The notes beneath the pieces are model-generated. The model ran no database searches. It saw only the letters and a list, made by a program, of their open reading frames with translations, and was not told the DNA's origin. 64,000 nucleotides of DNA from a virus. Lineage: Duplodnaviria > Caudoviricetes. Made by a program: the position numbers and the translations under genes. This document shows, one piece after another, positions 1 to 10,323 of the stretch. How positions within the stretch are numbered: the stretch's first letter is position 1; every line of letters begins with the position of its first letter. The stretch is from IMG/VR virus record IMGVR_UViG_3300023084_000017, positions 1,041 through 65,040 of that record. One strand, 5' to 3'.

Positions 1-151
1 TATTGTCAGTAGAATTATAAATCATATCTCCAGCAACAGAAGTTAAAGCATCTCTTTGAGCAGTTGTATATGACTTTAATCCAAGTGCATTATCTATAGC
101 TACATTGTTTTGGTCATTTGTTGAAATCTTATTTGTTTTTAATTCACTCAT
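1..151 (-). CDS. Partial gene running off the window edge; virion-associated protein with the shared N-terminal 'LKSYTT.ERDALT..GDIIYNST' module
   Basis: ATGA overlap at 148-151; translation MSELKTNKISTNDQNNVAIDNALGLKSYTTAQRDALTSVAGDMIYNSTDN matches the N-termini of neighbouring genes. Confidence 0.8.
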   Translation of the reverse strand, partial: MSELKTNKISTNDQNNVAIDNALGLKSYTTAQRDALTSVAGDMIYNSTDN

Positions 152-1197
152 ATTATTTTCACATTTCCAGTTCCACCTGTTATTGTAACAACTGTATCAG
201 AACCATCTGTAGTAGAAGAAGTTATTAAACCTGCTCCTACAGCTAAACTTCCTGTAGAAGTTGTATATCTTAAAATTATTACACCGCTACCACCATTTCC
301 ACCAGCTTGTATACCACCATTGACAGAACCACCACCGCCTCCAGAACCTGTGTTTACTGTAGCAGCAGCACCTGTATTTCCACCATTTCCACCACCACCA
401 GAACCTCCAGAACCAGCACCAGATTGTAGGTCATATACAGAACCACCACCTCCACCTGCTCTAGTTACACTAGAACCTGTGATAGATGAAGCTACACCTG
501 TACCACCATTACCAGCAGCAGAACCAGAACCATTACCTCCAACAGCACCTGCTCCACCACCGCCACCAGTACCATATCTTGAAGCAGTATAAGTACCATT
601 ACCACCTGCATAACCTTGATTAGCTGTTCCTACACCACCACTTGTAGCACTTGGTTGCCTAGAACCTCCACCACCAGAACCACCATCCAGACCTGTATTT
701 TGTAAACCACTACCAGCAACACCACCTCCACCACCTCCAACTGAAGTAACAGAACTAAATATTGAATTACTACCACTATTTGTGTATGGAGATGAATTTG
801 TACCAGAACCTCCAGCTCCTATTGTTACTGAATAATCAGTATTTTTATTTAAAGTTAAAGATGTTTCTGATGAACCTCCACCACCAGATGTTTCAGAGTT
901 ATATGAATTTCTATAACCACCAGCTCCTCCTCCACCACCATCTGCACCACCAGAACCACCACCAGCAATTACTAAATAGTGCATTGTAAAACTACTTGTA
1001 TCAAGACCTAAACTTTCCCAAGATGAACCATTATATACCTGTGCTCTGTTATCTGTACTATTGTATATAATATCCCCAGCAGCACTCGTAAGTGCATCTC
1101 TTTCTGCTGTAGTGTATGACTTTAAATTTAAAGCATCATCAATAGAAACATTATTACCAGAGTATTTACCTATAGAGTTTGTTTCTAGTGTAGACAT
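148..1197 (-). CDS. Glycine-rich tail fibre/appendage protein
   Basis: Shared N-terminal module followed by a Gly-rich domain (YLVIAGGGSGG...GGSGVIILRY); lies in the tail gene cluster. Confidence 0.75.
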   Translation of the reverse strand: MSTLETNSIGKYSGNNVSIDDALNLKSYTTAERDALTSAAGDIIYNSTDNRAQVYNGSSWESLGLDTSSFTMHYLVIAGGGSGGADGGGGGAGGYRNSYNSETSGGGGSSETSLTLNKNTDYSVTIGAGGSGTNSSPYTNSGSNSIFSSVTSVGGGGGGVAGSGLQNTGLDGGSGGGGSRQPSATSGGVGTANQGYAGGNGTYTASRYGTGGGGGAGAVGGNGSGSAAGNGGTGVASSITGSSVTRAGGGGGSVYDLQSGAGSGGSGGGGNGGNTGAAATVNTGSGGGGGSVNGGIQAGGNGGSGVIILRYTTSTGSLAVGAGLITSSTTDGSDTVVTITGGTGNVKII

Positions 1198-1388
1198 TAT
1201 AAATCATTCCAGCTTGTCCCATTATAAAATTGTACTTTATTAGTTGTACTATTATAGATTACATCTCCAGCAGAAGAAGTTAATAAATCTCTATCTGAAG
1301 TTGTATAGGATTTTACATTTATAGGACATTGCATTGCAATATTATTTCCTGTAGATGTAGCTATAGTATTTACTTTTAATGTCGCCAT
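1197..1388 (-). CDS. 63-aa protein consisting only of the shared fibre N-terminal module
   Basis: VKSYTTSDRDLLTSSAGDVIYNSTTNKVQFYNGTSW; start and stop coupled to both neighbours. Confidence 0.75.
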   Translation of the reverse strand: MATLKVNTIATSTGNNIAMQCPINVKSYTTSDRDLLTSSAGDVIYNSTTNKVQFYNGTSWNDL

Positions 1389-1984
1389 TATATAATCACC
1401 ATTGTCCCGTTATTTGTTACTGTGCCAGTAATAGTTACTGGTCCTGCTAATAATGTTCCTTCGTCAGAAGGTATTGTAAAAGTTGCAGCTTGTGTTTGAT
1501 TATGTCTAAACATACCGCCATTTGTTGTTAAAGCGATACCACCTGCATCTTGCACAGCAACCTCTGTTCCTGCAACATCATATCTAATTTTATCTTCATC
1601 AACGCCACCTTCATCTACTTGTATTTTAGTATCATTATCTGCGTCTAAAATAGCATCTGAAGATACTGATACAGTTGCATCTATTGCACCATCACCTGCG
1701 TCATCGTATGCAAAAGATATACCTGTATGAGTACCGTTAGTAACAAGCATATCACCAACAATATCTTCAATATTTTCTGTTGTATTACCTACTACTTCCC
1801 AAGAAGAACCATTATATATTTTAATTTTATTGTCGGTAGAATTGTATATCATCTCCCCTTCAGTTGTACCTGTAGGGTCAGAACTATGTACTGGAAGCAA
1901 TACTGTATCAGAGTTAGTAAACTCTGCTAAACCATCTGTATCTCCAGCAGTTCTTGTTACATGTAATAATCTATAAGTTGCCAT
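1388..1984 (-). CDS. Tail fibre-associated protein
   Basis: GEMIYNSTDNKIKIYNGSSW motif; C-terminus (DADNDTKIQV...AGP) resembles that of 3155..8698. Confidence 0.7.
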   Translation of the reverse strand: MATYRLLHVTRTAGDTDGLAEFTNSDTVLLPVHSSDPTGTTEGEMIYNSTDNKIKIYNGSSWEVVGNTTENIEDIVGDMLVTNGTHTGISFAYDDAGDGAIDATVSVSSDAILDADNDTKIQVDEGGVDEDKIRYDVAGTEVAVQDAGGIALTTNGGMFRHNQTQAATFTIPSDEGTLLAGPVTITGTVTNNGTMVII

Positions 1985-1985
1985 A

Positions 1986-3047
1986 TTAACTCCAGCTTAC
2001 ATTTCCTGTACCAGCAGTTATTGTTGCTACTGTATCTGAACCATCAGAAGCAGTAGTTAAAGATAAACCTGTTTGTGATATTGTGTAAGTATTTGGATAA
2101 CGAAGTATAACTAATCCAGAGCCACCACTAGCACCAAAATTTGTACTATTAGCAGAAGCTCCACCTCCACCACCTGTATTAGCAGTTCCAGCAGTAGGTG
2201 TTCCTCCATCACTACCAGCTCCACCTCCACCTGTTCCACCAGAGCCACCAGCAGTTGTTCCAGCACCTCCACCACCACCTGCTCTTGTTGCAGAACTACC
2301 AGTTATAGAAGATGCTTTACCTGCACCACCTGCACCACCAGTTCCAGATGAACCATTAGAACCAGCAGCACCAGCTCCACCTCCACCTCCACCTGCATTA
2401 GGTGCTGTAGCAGCAGTACCAGTCCAGTTTCCACCATTACTTCCTTGTGCATATAAACCAGCAGCTCCATCACCACCAGAACCACCATCTGGATTATATC
2501 GTGGTCCTCCTCCACCACCAGAACCACCCCTTCTTGCAGCAGGAAATGATTTTGCACCACCTCCACCACCAAAAGCATATAAAGAACCTACATAACTTGG
2601 GAAACCATCATTTGATGAACTAAAATCGTGATTATTTCCTGTTCCTCCTGCACCTATAGTTACTGGATAATTAGTAGATGGAATAACATAAAAAGAATTT
2701 AAAGTTACAGAGCCACCACCAGAAGTTTCAGAATTAAATTTACATAAGTAACCACCTGCTCCACCACCACCAGATGCTTCTACACCTGAACCAGAAGCAC
2801 CATATCCACCTGCTCCTCCACCAGCAATAATTAAATATTCTAATTCAAAAACATTACCACCAGATTGCCAAGATGTACCATTGTAATGTTCTACTTGTCC
2901 AGTAGTTGAATTATATATAATATCTCCAGTAGTTGAAGTCAAAGCATCTCTTTCTACTGTGGTATAAGATTTTAAATTTAAAGCGTTATCCATAGCAACG
3001 CTATTACCTGTGCTTTTTTCTATGCTGTCTACTTGTAATCTACTCAT
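1986..3047 (-). CDS. Glycine-rich tail fibre/appendage protein, paralog of 148..1197
   Basis: Same N-terminal module and Gly-rich domain ending GGSGLVILRY. Confidence 0.75.
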   Translation of the reverse strand: MSRLQVDSIEKSTGNSVAMDNALNLKSYTTVERDALTSTTGDIIYNSTTGQVEHYNGTSWQSGGNVFELEYLIIAGGGAGGYGASGSGVEASGGGGAGGYLCKFNSETSGGGSVTLNSFYVIPSTNYPVTIGAGGTGNNHDFSSSNDGFPSYVGSLYAFGGGGGAKSFPAARRGGSGGGGGPRYNPDGGSGGDGAAGLYAQGSNGGNWTGTAATAPNAGGGGGGAGAAGSNGSSGTGGAGGAGKASSITGSSATRAGGGGGAGTTAGGSGGTGGGGAGSDGGTPTAGTANTGGGGGASANSTNFGASGGSGLVILRYPNTYTISQTGLSLTTASDGSDTVATITAGTGNVSWS

Positions 3048-3151
3048 TCTGTTCCTTCTGGTTTAAAATAATTTTCTGGGTCATAAGGACTATTAATAAT
3101 ATCCTCCAGACTTTTCTCTATTTCATTATAATCGATATTATTTTCCTCCAT
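3044..3151 (-). CDS. 35-aa acidic hypothetical protein
   Basis: ORF MEENNIDYNEIEKSLEDIINSPYDPENYFKPEGTE fills the gap exactly and overlaps the next gene by ATGA. Confidence 0.5.
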   Translation of the reverse strand: MEENNIDYNEIEKSLEDIINSPYDPENYFKPEGTE

Positions 3152-3154
3152 AGC

Positions 3155-6100
3155 TTATAATACCACCAAACTTCCTTGAACATCTACAGTTCCTTGTATA
3201 TCTAAAGGACCAGCAGCAACAGTTCCTTCTGTTGAAGCGATTGTAAATGTTTCATTTGAATCCATTGTTAATTGATGTGTAAAGAAACCACCTCTAGCTG
3301 ACATAGAAACATTATTATCTATTGTTAATCTTTCTTGCCCATCAGTATCTACTCTAATAATATCTTCATCTGATGATTCTTCTACTTGAATTTTTGTATC
3401 ATTATCAGCGTCAGTTATTGAATTAGAGCTTAAACTTCCTACAGCAGTGTCTACATAAGCAGTAGTAGCTACATTAGTTGAGTTATCGCCTTGTGTTTGA
3501 GTTGCAGCTTTAAGAGATGCTTCAGTAAGAGTTAAGCTAGAAGAAGCTGAACCATCTGTTGCAGTTGTACCAGCTACCCAAGCATCTTCTGATTCATCCC
3601 AAACAAATGCTGCATTATCTCCAGTAGAACCTCTTTCTACTATCATTCCAGCATCTGTGGTCAATTCAGTACCATCAGCATTTAATTCAAATAATGTATC
3701 CGTTACTTTTAATTCATTAGCTTGTACAGAGTTACCAGTAACAGTTAAGTTAGTTATTGTTACACCAGAACTTGTTGCAGTTAATACATCTGTACCACCA
3801 GCTTTAATATAAACTGTATCGTTATCTGTAGTTCTTTCTACTTCTATAGAAGTATCAGCATCATTATCAGCGAAAGCTGTAACTGCTTGTTGTGTTGAAC
3901 CTAGTTGAATATTATCTGTAGTTCCATCGAAAGATGTAAATGGTATTGCACCAGCTACTGTTATATCTGATAATGTTATAGGGTCAGAAGTAGAACCAGC
4001 AAGTATAACTGGAAGACTTCCTCCACCACCACCAGAAGAAGTAAATGTTATTGTATCTGTACTTGCATCTGTGGTAATAGTCATACCTGTTCCAGCTGCA
4101 AGTGTTAAGGTATCTGTTTCAGAATCAGCTACAACATTTGATTGCCCAGAAACTGCTAAGGTTGAGAAAGCATTTGCTGCACCACCAGTTGCGGCTATTG
4201 TAATTGTATCTGTTGAAGCATCAGTAGTAAGAGTAATATTTGCACCAGCAGCAAAGTTAAGTGTATCTGTTGTACTATCTGGAACAACATCTGATTGTCC
4301 AGAAACTGCTATTGTTTGGAAATAATTAGTAGATGAAGCTACAGTACCCGGTTCAAATTCACTATTAGCAGCATTCCATACAAGTGCTTGTCCATCAGTA
4401 GGAGCAGCTGTTGTTATATCTACATCTGATAAATCTCCTATACTTGCAGCAGCAATTCTTGCGTCTGCTCTAGCATCTGTATAATAAAGATTTGTACCTT
4501 CTGTTAAATCTGTTGTAGTTTTTCCACTAAAGTCTGTATCAAATAATGAAGATGAATAATAAAGGTTAGTTGAACCTTCTGTTAAATTATCAGTTGTTTT
4601 TGTAGCTAATTGTGTATCAAATGTTGTATTAAAACTAGCAGTAACAGCTTGATTAGAAGCATTACCTATAAAAATATCTCCATCATCTAAGTTAGGTACT
4701 GCGTTACTTCTACCAGCACCTTGAACAAATATTGCACCATCTGTTGCGTGGCTTCTTGTTACCTTTGCAATCTTTTGTAGTGAAGCTGTTTCGCCAGTTG
4801 GAGCTGTATTTGTTAATATTCCAGTTGTAGATACATACAATTCATCACCCACTGAGAATGAGGAAGTGTCTAAACCTACAAATTTACCAAAAGTTAATAT
4901 TGATACTGCTGAATTATTAGTAGCTGAAGCAGTTGTTATACCAATTGCTGGCATTGTTCCAGAACCATCTGCATCTGCTGGTGCTACTGTAAATTCTGTT
5001 CCAGAACCAGATTGTCCAGATATATACACTGGTACACCTGCACCAATTGTAGAACCTGTTTCATTCTTACCAGATAGTATTATTGCACCATCAATATCTC
5101 CTGTTACATCACCTGTAACATTTCCAGTTAAGTTTCCAATAAATGTTTGAGCAACTAAGTCGTAAGCACCTACTGTCCATCTGTCATTGGCTTCATCCCA
5201 CAAGAAAGATACATTAGTACTTGTACCTCTTTCAATTTCAATACCACCATTCTGTGAAGGTGTTCCTGTTTCGTTTGAATTAAGAAGTATTGTGTTATCA
5301 GCTAAATTAATTGTTTCAGTATTAACAGTAGTTGTTGTTCCAGAAACAGTTAAGTTACCTGTAACAGTCAAATCATTTCCTATTGTTACATCACTTGGTA
5401 ATCCTATGGTTAATGAATCACCGCTAACAAGTACTTCTACTTCATTAGTTGTTCCATTAAATGTTAAAGTATCTGAATCAATAATTGTTGAAGTGTTAGA
5501 ACCATCAGATATTGTAAAGCTGGACATATTACCAACACCAACAGCACTATTTTCCCATTGCCCTGTTGAAGAGTTATAAACTAATGCTTCTCCATTTGAA
5601 GGGCTAGAAATTGTTGTATCTGTTAATGCAGATAATGTACTTGAAATATTACCCGGTTCCCAAACACTGTTTACACTATCCCAAACAAGAGCTTGACCAT
5701 TTGTAGGAGCAACACTTGAAGTATCTACATCGGATAGTTCATCAATACTAAGTGAATTAATGTTTTCTAAATATGTACCTAAATCTGTTATTTGAGATTC
5801 AGTAATACTTAATGCTGCTTCGTGCTGTGTAACAGATGTTTGTGTAATATTTGCGTCTGGTACATTTGCCCAAGTAACTGCGGCAGTTAAATCATTAGTT
5901 TCTGTAAAACTTGTTAAATATCCAGCAGCTGAATGGTCTCCCCATCCATAAGCAGTATCCCAGTTTGTAGAGTTATTAGTTGTTGTGTACCAACTAGAAG
6001 CTGTATATATTGGGTCTGTTTCTGTATAGCTTGTTAAGTAACCAGCTGAAGCATGGTCACCCCAACTATATGCTGTATCCCATTGACCGACTTTTGTATC

Positions 6101-8698
6101 GGTAATAACATTAACACCCATATCAATAGTGTTACCGTTAGCATCAAGAGTTCCACCTAATTGAGGTGTTAAGTCTTCTACTAAGTTTTCTAAGAAATTG
6201 CTTGTAAATGTTATTTGAGATTCGTTTATTGCTAAAGCAGCTTGATGTTGAGTTACAGAACTTTGTGTAATGTTAGCGTCTGGAACATTAGCCCAAGTTA
6301 CAGCAGCTGTTAAATCATTTGTTTCAACAGTTAAGTAAGATTGTAAGTCGGATATCTGACTTTCTGTAATTGTAAGTGCAGCTTCGTGTTGTGTAACAGC
6401 ACTTTCAGTAACAGTTGTAGATAAAGCTACTGCACCTGTACCATCAAAGCTAATTGCTGTTGCGGTTACATCACCAGTTAAAGAAAAGTTTTGTGCAGAA
6501 GCTAAAGAAGTTGCTGTATCTGCATTACCAGTTAACGCACCAGTAATATCACCTTCAATGTTGGCTACTAATGTAGCTTTTGTATAAGAAGCATCAGCTG
6601 TATCTACAGTACCTGTTGGTTCTACAGTTAAGCTATCAAATAATTTAAATTTATTTTGACCTACACCTGGGTCCCAATGTAAACCTACATATTTAGTTGT
6701 TGAAGATTGAACAACTTTACCATATATACCAATGTCAGTTGAATTTCCAGTGTTTCCACTAGCTAACTTAATCATATTTTCTTCAGTAGAAACTGTGTCA
6801 GTATTTAGTGTTGTAGTTGTTCCTTGTACTGTTAAGTCTCCTGTAACTACTAAATCATTAGAAACTGTCATAGTTGTAGCTGTTATGTCATCAGAGTTCA
6901 ATACTCCATCAACAGTTACATTATTAAATGTTACATTGTCAGTTGTTCCTACTGCTTGTCCTATTGATATAACACCAGAGGAGAAACTAACACCTGTTCC
7001 ACCAGATAAATATGCCTCGACATCTGAATCAGCGTACTGTGTAATTGTTGTAGCTATAACACCTGCACCAGAAACTGTAATACCAGTTCCTCCAGATATG
7101 TGTGCTAATACTTCAGCTTGGCTTGGTCCTGTATAAGTAATAACACCTGTTGTGTTGTCGTAACTTAAAGAACCATCACCGCCACTATCTGTTACTGAGA
7201 TATCTGTTAAATCTATATAGTTAGCATTATTAGTAAGCTCTGTAATGTTATCGCCAGATTGTAAAGCACTATCAGCTAATGTTCCTTGTGCTGATGTAGC
7301 AAATCCTGTGCTATCAATACCATCTAAAGTATCTGCATCTACATTAAGTGCATCAATAAATGCTTTATCTACTCTTGTATCTATAGCAGAATTTGCTCTT
7401 GTATCTGTGTAATAAATATTTGTAGAACCTTCAGATAGGTCATCTGTATCAGCAGCTGCTAACTTAGTATCAAAATCTGTATTAGCTCTTGCTGTTGTGT
7501 AATAAAGATTTGTACCTTCTGTTAAATCTGTTGTACTTTTTCCTGCAAAGCTTGTATCAAATCTACCTTCTGTATAAAAAAGATTTGTTGTTCCCTCTAC
7601 TAAGTCATCAGTATCAAACTCAGTAAAGTCAATAGATAATGCTAACGTATTGGCTGCATCATCATAAGTAGCTGTAATTCCTGTACCACCACTAAATAAA
7701 CCTTGTACATTATCTTGTAATGATTCAACTATTTCTGTTAAGTCAACACTTAAGGTAAGTTGATTACCAGCATCATCATAGCTAACATCAATACCTTCAG
7801 TATTAGCATCTACTAATAGTGCAGATATTCTGTCATCTACTCTTTCGTCTGTAAAGAAAAGATTAGAACCTTCTGTAATAGAACCAGTATCAAATTCAGA
7901 AAAGTCTATGGCCAGTTCTAATTGATTACTTGCATCGTTATAAGTTGCAGAAACACCAGTTCCTCCAACAAACAGTCCTTCTACATTGTCTTGTAGTGAT
8001 TCAATTATTTCTGATAAATCAGTTGATATTGTTAAAGAGTTGGATACATCATCATAACTTATATCTATTCCAGAAGTTGTAGAATCAATAAGTAACGCAG
8101 CTACTCTATCGTCTACTCTTTCATTTGTAAAATATAAATTAGTTGCACCTTCAGTTAAATCGTCAGTATCGAAGTTTGAAATGGAAGATATAGTACCAGT
8201 GACGTTACCTTCTAAGTTTGCGACTATTGTTCCTGCTGTACCTGAAAATGTTTCAGCTGCATTTATAGCATCAGGTATAAAAGTAAATTTACCAGTGCTA
8301 TCATCAAAACCAAAGAAACCTAATTTAGAACCTGTCCCATCATGCCACCTAAATTCAATACCTCTATCTTTATTGTCATCAGCAGCTAATTCTGCATCAC
8401 CACCAAGAGTAAATATTGGGTCGTCTATTGTTACAGTTGTAGAGTTTACAGTTGTTGTTGTTCCGTCAACTGTTAAGTTTCCACCAATTGTTACATTACC
8501 ACTAGTAATAAGACCAGTAAACGTTGGAGTATCTCCAGTACCTAATCCTACCCCAGAAAGTAATTCAGCTAAACTTGCATAAGAACCGCCAGTTCCACCA
8601 TCATCTAAGCCGATGAAGTCATCAGCTTGAAACTCAGCAAAACCTATGGGGTTATTGCTACCGTCATAATTAACTCTTACTGGTGTTTTTTCTGCCAT
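3155..8698 (-). CDS. Large repetitive tail fibre-like structural protein (1847 aa)
   Basis: Repeated TDDLTEG.TNLY(F/Y)T, NLTV.GTTTTVN and ETNDLTAAVTWANVPDANITQ units; Thr/Asp/Ser-rich. Confidence 0.7.
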   Translation of the reverse strand: MAEKTPVRVNYDGSNNPIGFAEFQADDFIGLDDGGTGGSYASLAELLSGVGLGTGDTPTFTGLITSGNVTIGGNLTVDGTTTTVNSTTVTIDDPIFTLGGDAELAADDNKDRGIEFRWHDGTGSKLGFFGFDDSTGKFTFIPDAINAAETFSGTAGTIVANLEGNVTGTISSISNFDTDDLTEGATNLYFTNERVDDRVAALLIDSTTSGIDISYDDVSNSLTISTDLSEIIESLQDNVEGLFVGGTGVSATYNDASNQLELAIDFSEFDTGSITEGSNLFFTDERVDDRISALLVDANTEGIDVSYDDAGNQLTLSVDLTEIVESLQDNVQGLFSGGTGITATYDDAANTLALSIDFTEFDTDDLVEGTTNLFYTEGRFDTSFAGKSTTDLTEGTNLYYTTARANTDFDTKLAAADTDDLSEGSTNIYYTDTRANSAIDTRVDKAFIDALNVDADTLDGIDSTGFATSAQGTLADSALQSGDNITELTNNANYIDLTDISVTDSGGDGSLSYDNTTGVITYTGPSQAEVLAHISGGTGITVSGAGVIATTITQYADSDVEAYLSGGTGVSFSSGVISIGQAVGTTDNVTFNNVTVDGVLNSDDITATTMTVSNDLVVTGDLTVQGTTTTLNTDTVSTEENMIKLASGNTGNSTDIGIYGKVVQSSTTKYVGLHWDPGVGQNKFKLFDSLTVEPTGTVDTADASYTKATLVANIEGDITGALTGNADTATSLASAQNFSLTGDVTATAISFDGTGAVALSTTVTESAVTQHEAALTITESQISDLQSYLTVETNDLTAAVTWANVPDANITQSSVTQHQAALAINESQITFTSNFLENLVEDLTPQLGGTLDANGNTIDMGVNVITDTKVGQWDTAYSWGDHASAGYLTSYTETDPIYTASSWYTTTNNSTNWDTAYGWGDHSAAGYLTSFTETNDLTAAVTWANVPDANITQTSVTQHEAALSITESQITDLGTYLENINSLSIDELSDVDTSSVAPTNGQALVWDSVNSVWEPGNISSTLSALTDTTISSPSNGEALVYNSSTGQWENSAVGVGNMSSFTISDGSNTSTIIDSDTLTFNGTTNEVEVLVSGDSLTIGLPSDVTIGNDLTVTGNLTVSGTTTTVNTETINLADNTILLNSNETGTPSQNGGIEIERGTSTNVSFLWDEANDRWTVGAYDLVAQTFIGNLTGNVTGDVTGDIDGAIILSGKNETGSTIGAGVPVYISGQSGSGTEFTVAPADADGSGTMPAIGITTASATNNSAVSILTFGKFVGLDTSSFSVGDELYVSTTGILTNTAPTGETASLQKIAKVTRSHATDGAIFVQGAGRSNAVPNLDDGDIFIGNASNQAVTASFNTTFDTQLATKTTDNLTEGSTNLYYSSSLFDTDFSGKTTTDLTEGTNLYYTDARADARIAAASIGDLSDVDITTAAPTDGQALVWNAANSEFEPGTVASSTNYFQTIAVSGQSDVVPDSTTDTLNFAAGANITLTTDASTDTITIAATGGAANAFSTLAVSGQSNVVADSETDTLTLAAGTGMTITTDASTDTITFTSSGGGGGSLPVILAGSTSDPITLSDITVAGAIPFTSFDGTTDNIQLGSTQQAVTAFADNDADTSIEVERTTDNDTVYIKAGGTDVLTATSSGVTITNLTVTGNSVQANELKVTDTLFELNADGTELTTDAGMIVERGSTGDNAAFVWDESEDAWVAGTTATDGSASSSLTLTEASLKAATQTQGDNSTNVATTAYVDTAVGSLSSNSITDADNDTKIQVEESSDEDIIRVDTDGQERLTIDNNVSMSARGGFFTHQLTMDSNETFTIASTEGTVAAGPLDIQGTVDVQGSLVVL

Positions 8699-9852
8699 TA
8701 TTCAGCTACTTCCATATCTAATATTTGGTCGGTTCCTGAGGAATTTACTAATGTTAATTGTAGCGTACTGTTATCGGATTTCGCTGGCATTAATATATCG
8801 GAAGTTGTACCATCACTTTGCAATAAAGGTAAACTTCTCGTGCTAACACCTACATATCCCCCACTTCCAGAAACTGGGTCTGAAGTAGCTACATTAAAAA
8901 ATTTATTGCGCAAAGGCATTCCTTGTGCAATTCCTGCCTCATTCACAAGAGGAACTTTACTTGCCATAGAAAATGTTTTAGGAGTATTAGTTACAACTTT
9001 TACTTGATTCTGTGTATTGTCTGTTGTAATTGTTACTTTATCTCTATTACTGTCATATCTACTATCTAAAGAAGTATCATCTTCAGATTCAAATGATAAA
9101 GTATCAGAAGCAGAACTTGCCGATAAAGTATTTTGATTAGTACTTGAAACAGCTGTAAACGCATTCTGATTTAATTCACCATCAGTGTTTGCATTGATTG
9201 TTATTGAATCAGCAGCCGTATCTACAGTAAATGACACATTAGTACCAGCATTTAAGGTTAATGTGTCTGTAGAACTGTCAGCAACTATCTCCTGACTATC
9301 AACTAAAAACTTTCTGAATGCCTCTCGGCCTGTATTTGTTGATGTATTTGTAATGGTTATAGTATCTGTACTAGCATCTGTTGTTACAGATATGCCTGTA
9401 CCAGCTGCGATATTTAGTGTATCACCAGCTTGGTCTGCTTCAATATCAGACTGTCCTGATACAGAAAGTGTTTTAAAACCGCTCTCTTGTGTAATAGGGG
9501 AAGACCAAGAGATATTACCAAAACCATCTGTAGTTAATACTTGTCCTGATGCACCTGTATTTCCATTAATTAAAAGCTTTGCAGATAAGATATCAAGAGC
9601 ACCATCTGTTGTTATTTGTAATCTCTCTGTATCATCAACACCAAATATAAGTTTCTTACTTGCACTTGTATTGATTACTAATGTTCCATCAGAAACAATT
9701 GATTGACCATCTAAGGCTAGGGTATGTTCGGAATCTATTAATTGGAGTACAGCATTACTTATTGCGTATCCATAAGAACCATCGAGAATATGTTCGGCGA
9801 GAGCGTCGCCTGACATTTGGCTGCTAGATGTATGCGTTTGTATAACAGCCAA
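8698..9852 (-). CDS. Tail fibre-related structural protein
   Basis: GQVLTTDG.G.ISW and F.T..VSGQSD..AD...DTL...AG repeats shared with 3155..8698. Confidence 0.65.
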   Translation of the reverse strand: MAVIQTHTSSSQMSGDALAEHILDGSYGYAISNAVLQLIDSEHTLALDGQSIVSDGTLVINTSASKKLIFGVDDTERLQITTDGALDILSAKLLINGNTGASGQVLTTDGFGNISWSSPITQESGFKTLSVSGQSDIEADQAGDTLNIAAGTGISVTTDASTDTITITNTSTNTGREAFRKFLVDSQEIVADSSTDTLTLNAGTNVSFTVDTAADSITINANTDGELNQNAFTAVSSTNQNTLSASSASDTLSFESEDDTSLDSRYDSNRDKVTITTDNTQNQVKVVTNTPKTFSMASKVPLVNEAGIAQGMPLRNKFFNVATSDPVSGSGGYVGVSTRSLPLLQSDGTTSDILMPAKSDNSTLQLTLVNSSGTDQILDMEVAE

Positions 9853-9853
9853 T

Positions 9854-10123
9854 TTATCCTACTCCTGGTATCTCACTTCCAAATGTTCCTCCCAATTGTT
9901 TGTATAAAAACTCCATTCTTCCTATTTCTGCTTTCACTTCTTGTACTGCTGACCACCACTCAGTGTACTCAGCATGGTTTTCATCTAGCCTGTCAACCAT
10001 TAATGCAAAATGCTCTCTTTCTAAATCTTCAATTCTTCTTAGAACATAAGCTATTTTGTAATTATGGTCGATAAACTTATAAGATATATTTAGTTCGTCT
10101 TTTTTTTGATTATCTTCAGGCAT
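9854..10123 (-). CDS. Small helical/coiled-coil protein, paralog of 10126..10323 and 51642..51866
   Basis: Operon-tight ORF; Y..I....K...V....LE..HFA pattern. Confidence 0.65.
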   Translation of the reverse strand: MPEDNQKKDELNISYKFIDHNYKIAYVLRRIEDLEREHFALMVDRLDENHAEYTEWWSAVQEVKAEIGRMEFLYKQLGGTFGSEIPGVG

Positions 10124-10125
10124 TA

Positions 10126-10323
10126 CTAACCTTCTAGTTCAACATAAGTTGCTTCAAGTGCATCTATTTCAGCTTGTTTAGCAGCTATGTTTGCTTGCCA
10201 TTCATCATAATTAGAATCAGACTCTGTATAATTTTTTAATTCTAAATCAAATAAATCAAGTCTCAATATTCTTATTTTTTCAGATAAATGATTTAATTTA
10301 TCTTGGTTGCTTAAATTTGGCAT
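10126..10323 (-). CDS. Small coiled-coil protein
   Basis: Operon-tight ORF; similar to 9854..10123 (Y.EW.......AEI..(L/M)E..Y..L.G). Confidence 0.65.
   Translation of the reverse strand: MPNLSNQDKLNHLSEKIRILRLDLFDLELKNYTESDSNYDEWQANIAAKQAEIDALEATYVELEG

Noticed and set aside
320-592. Pro-rich plus-strand ORF, and similar antisense ORFs across 0.7-36 kb
   Set aside because: These are shadows of Gly/Thr-rich minus-strand genes, with no RBS or independent signal
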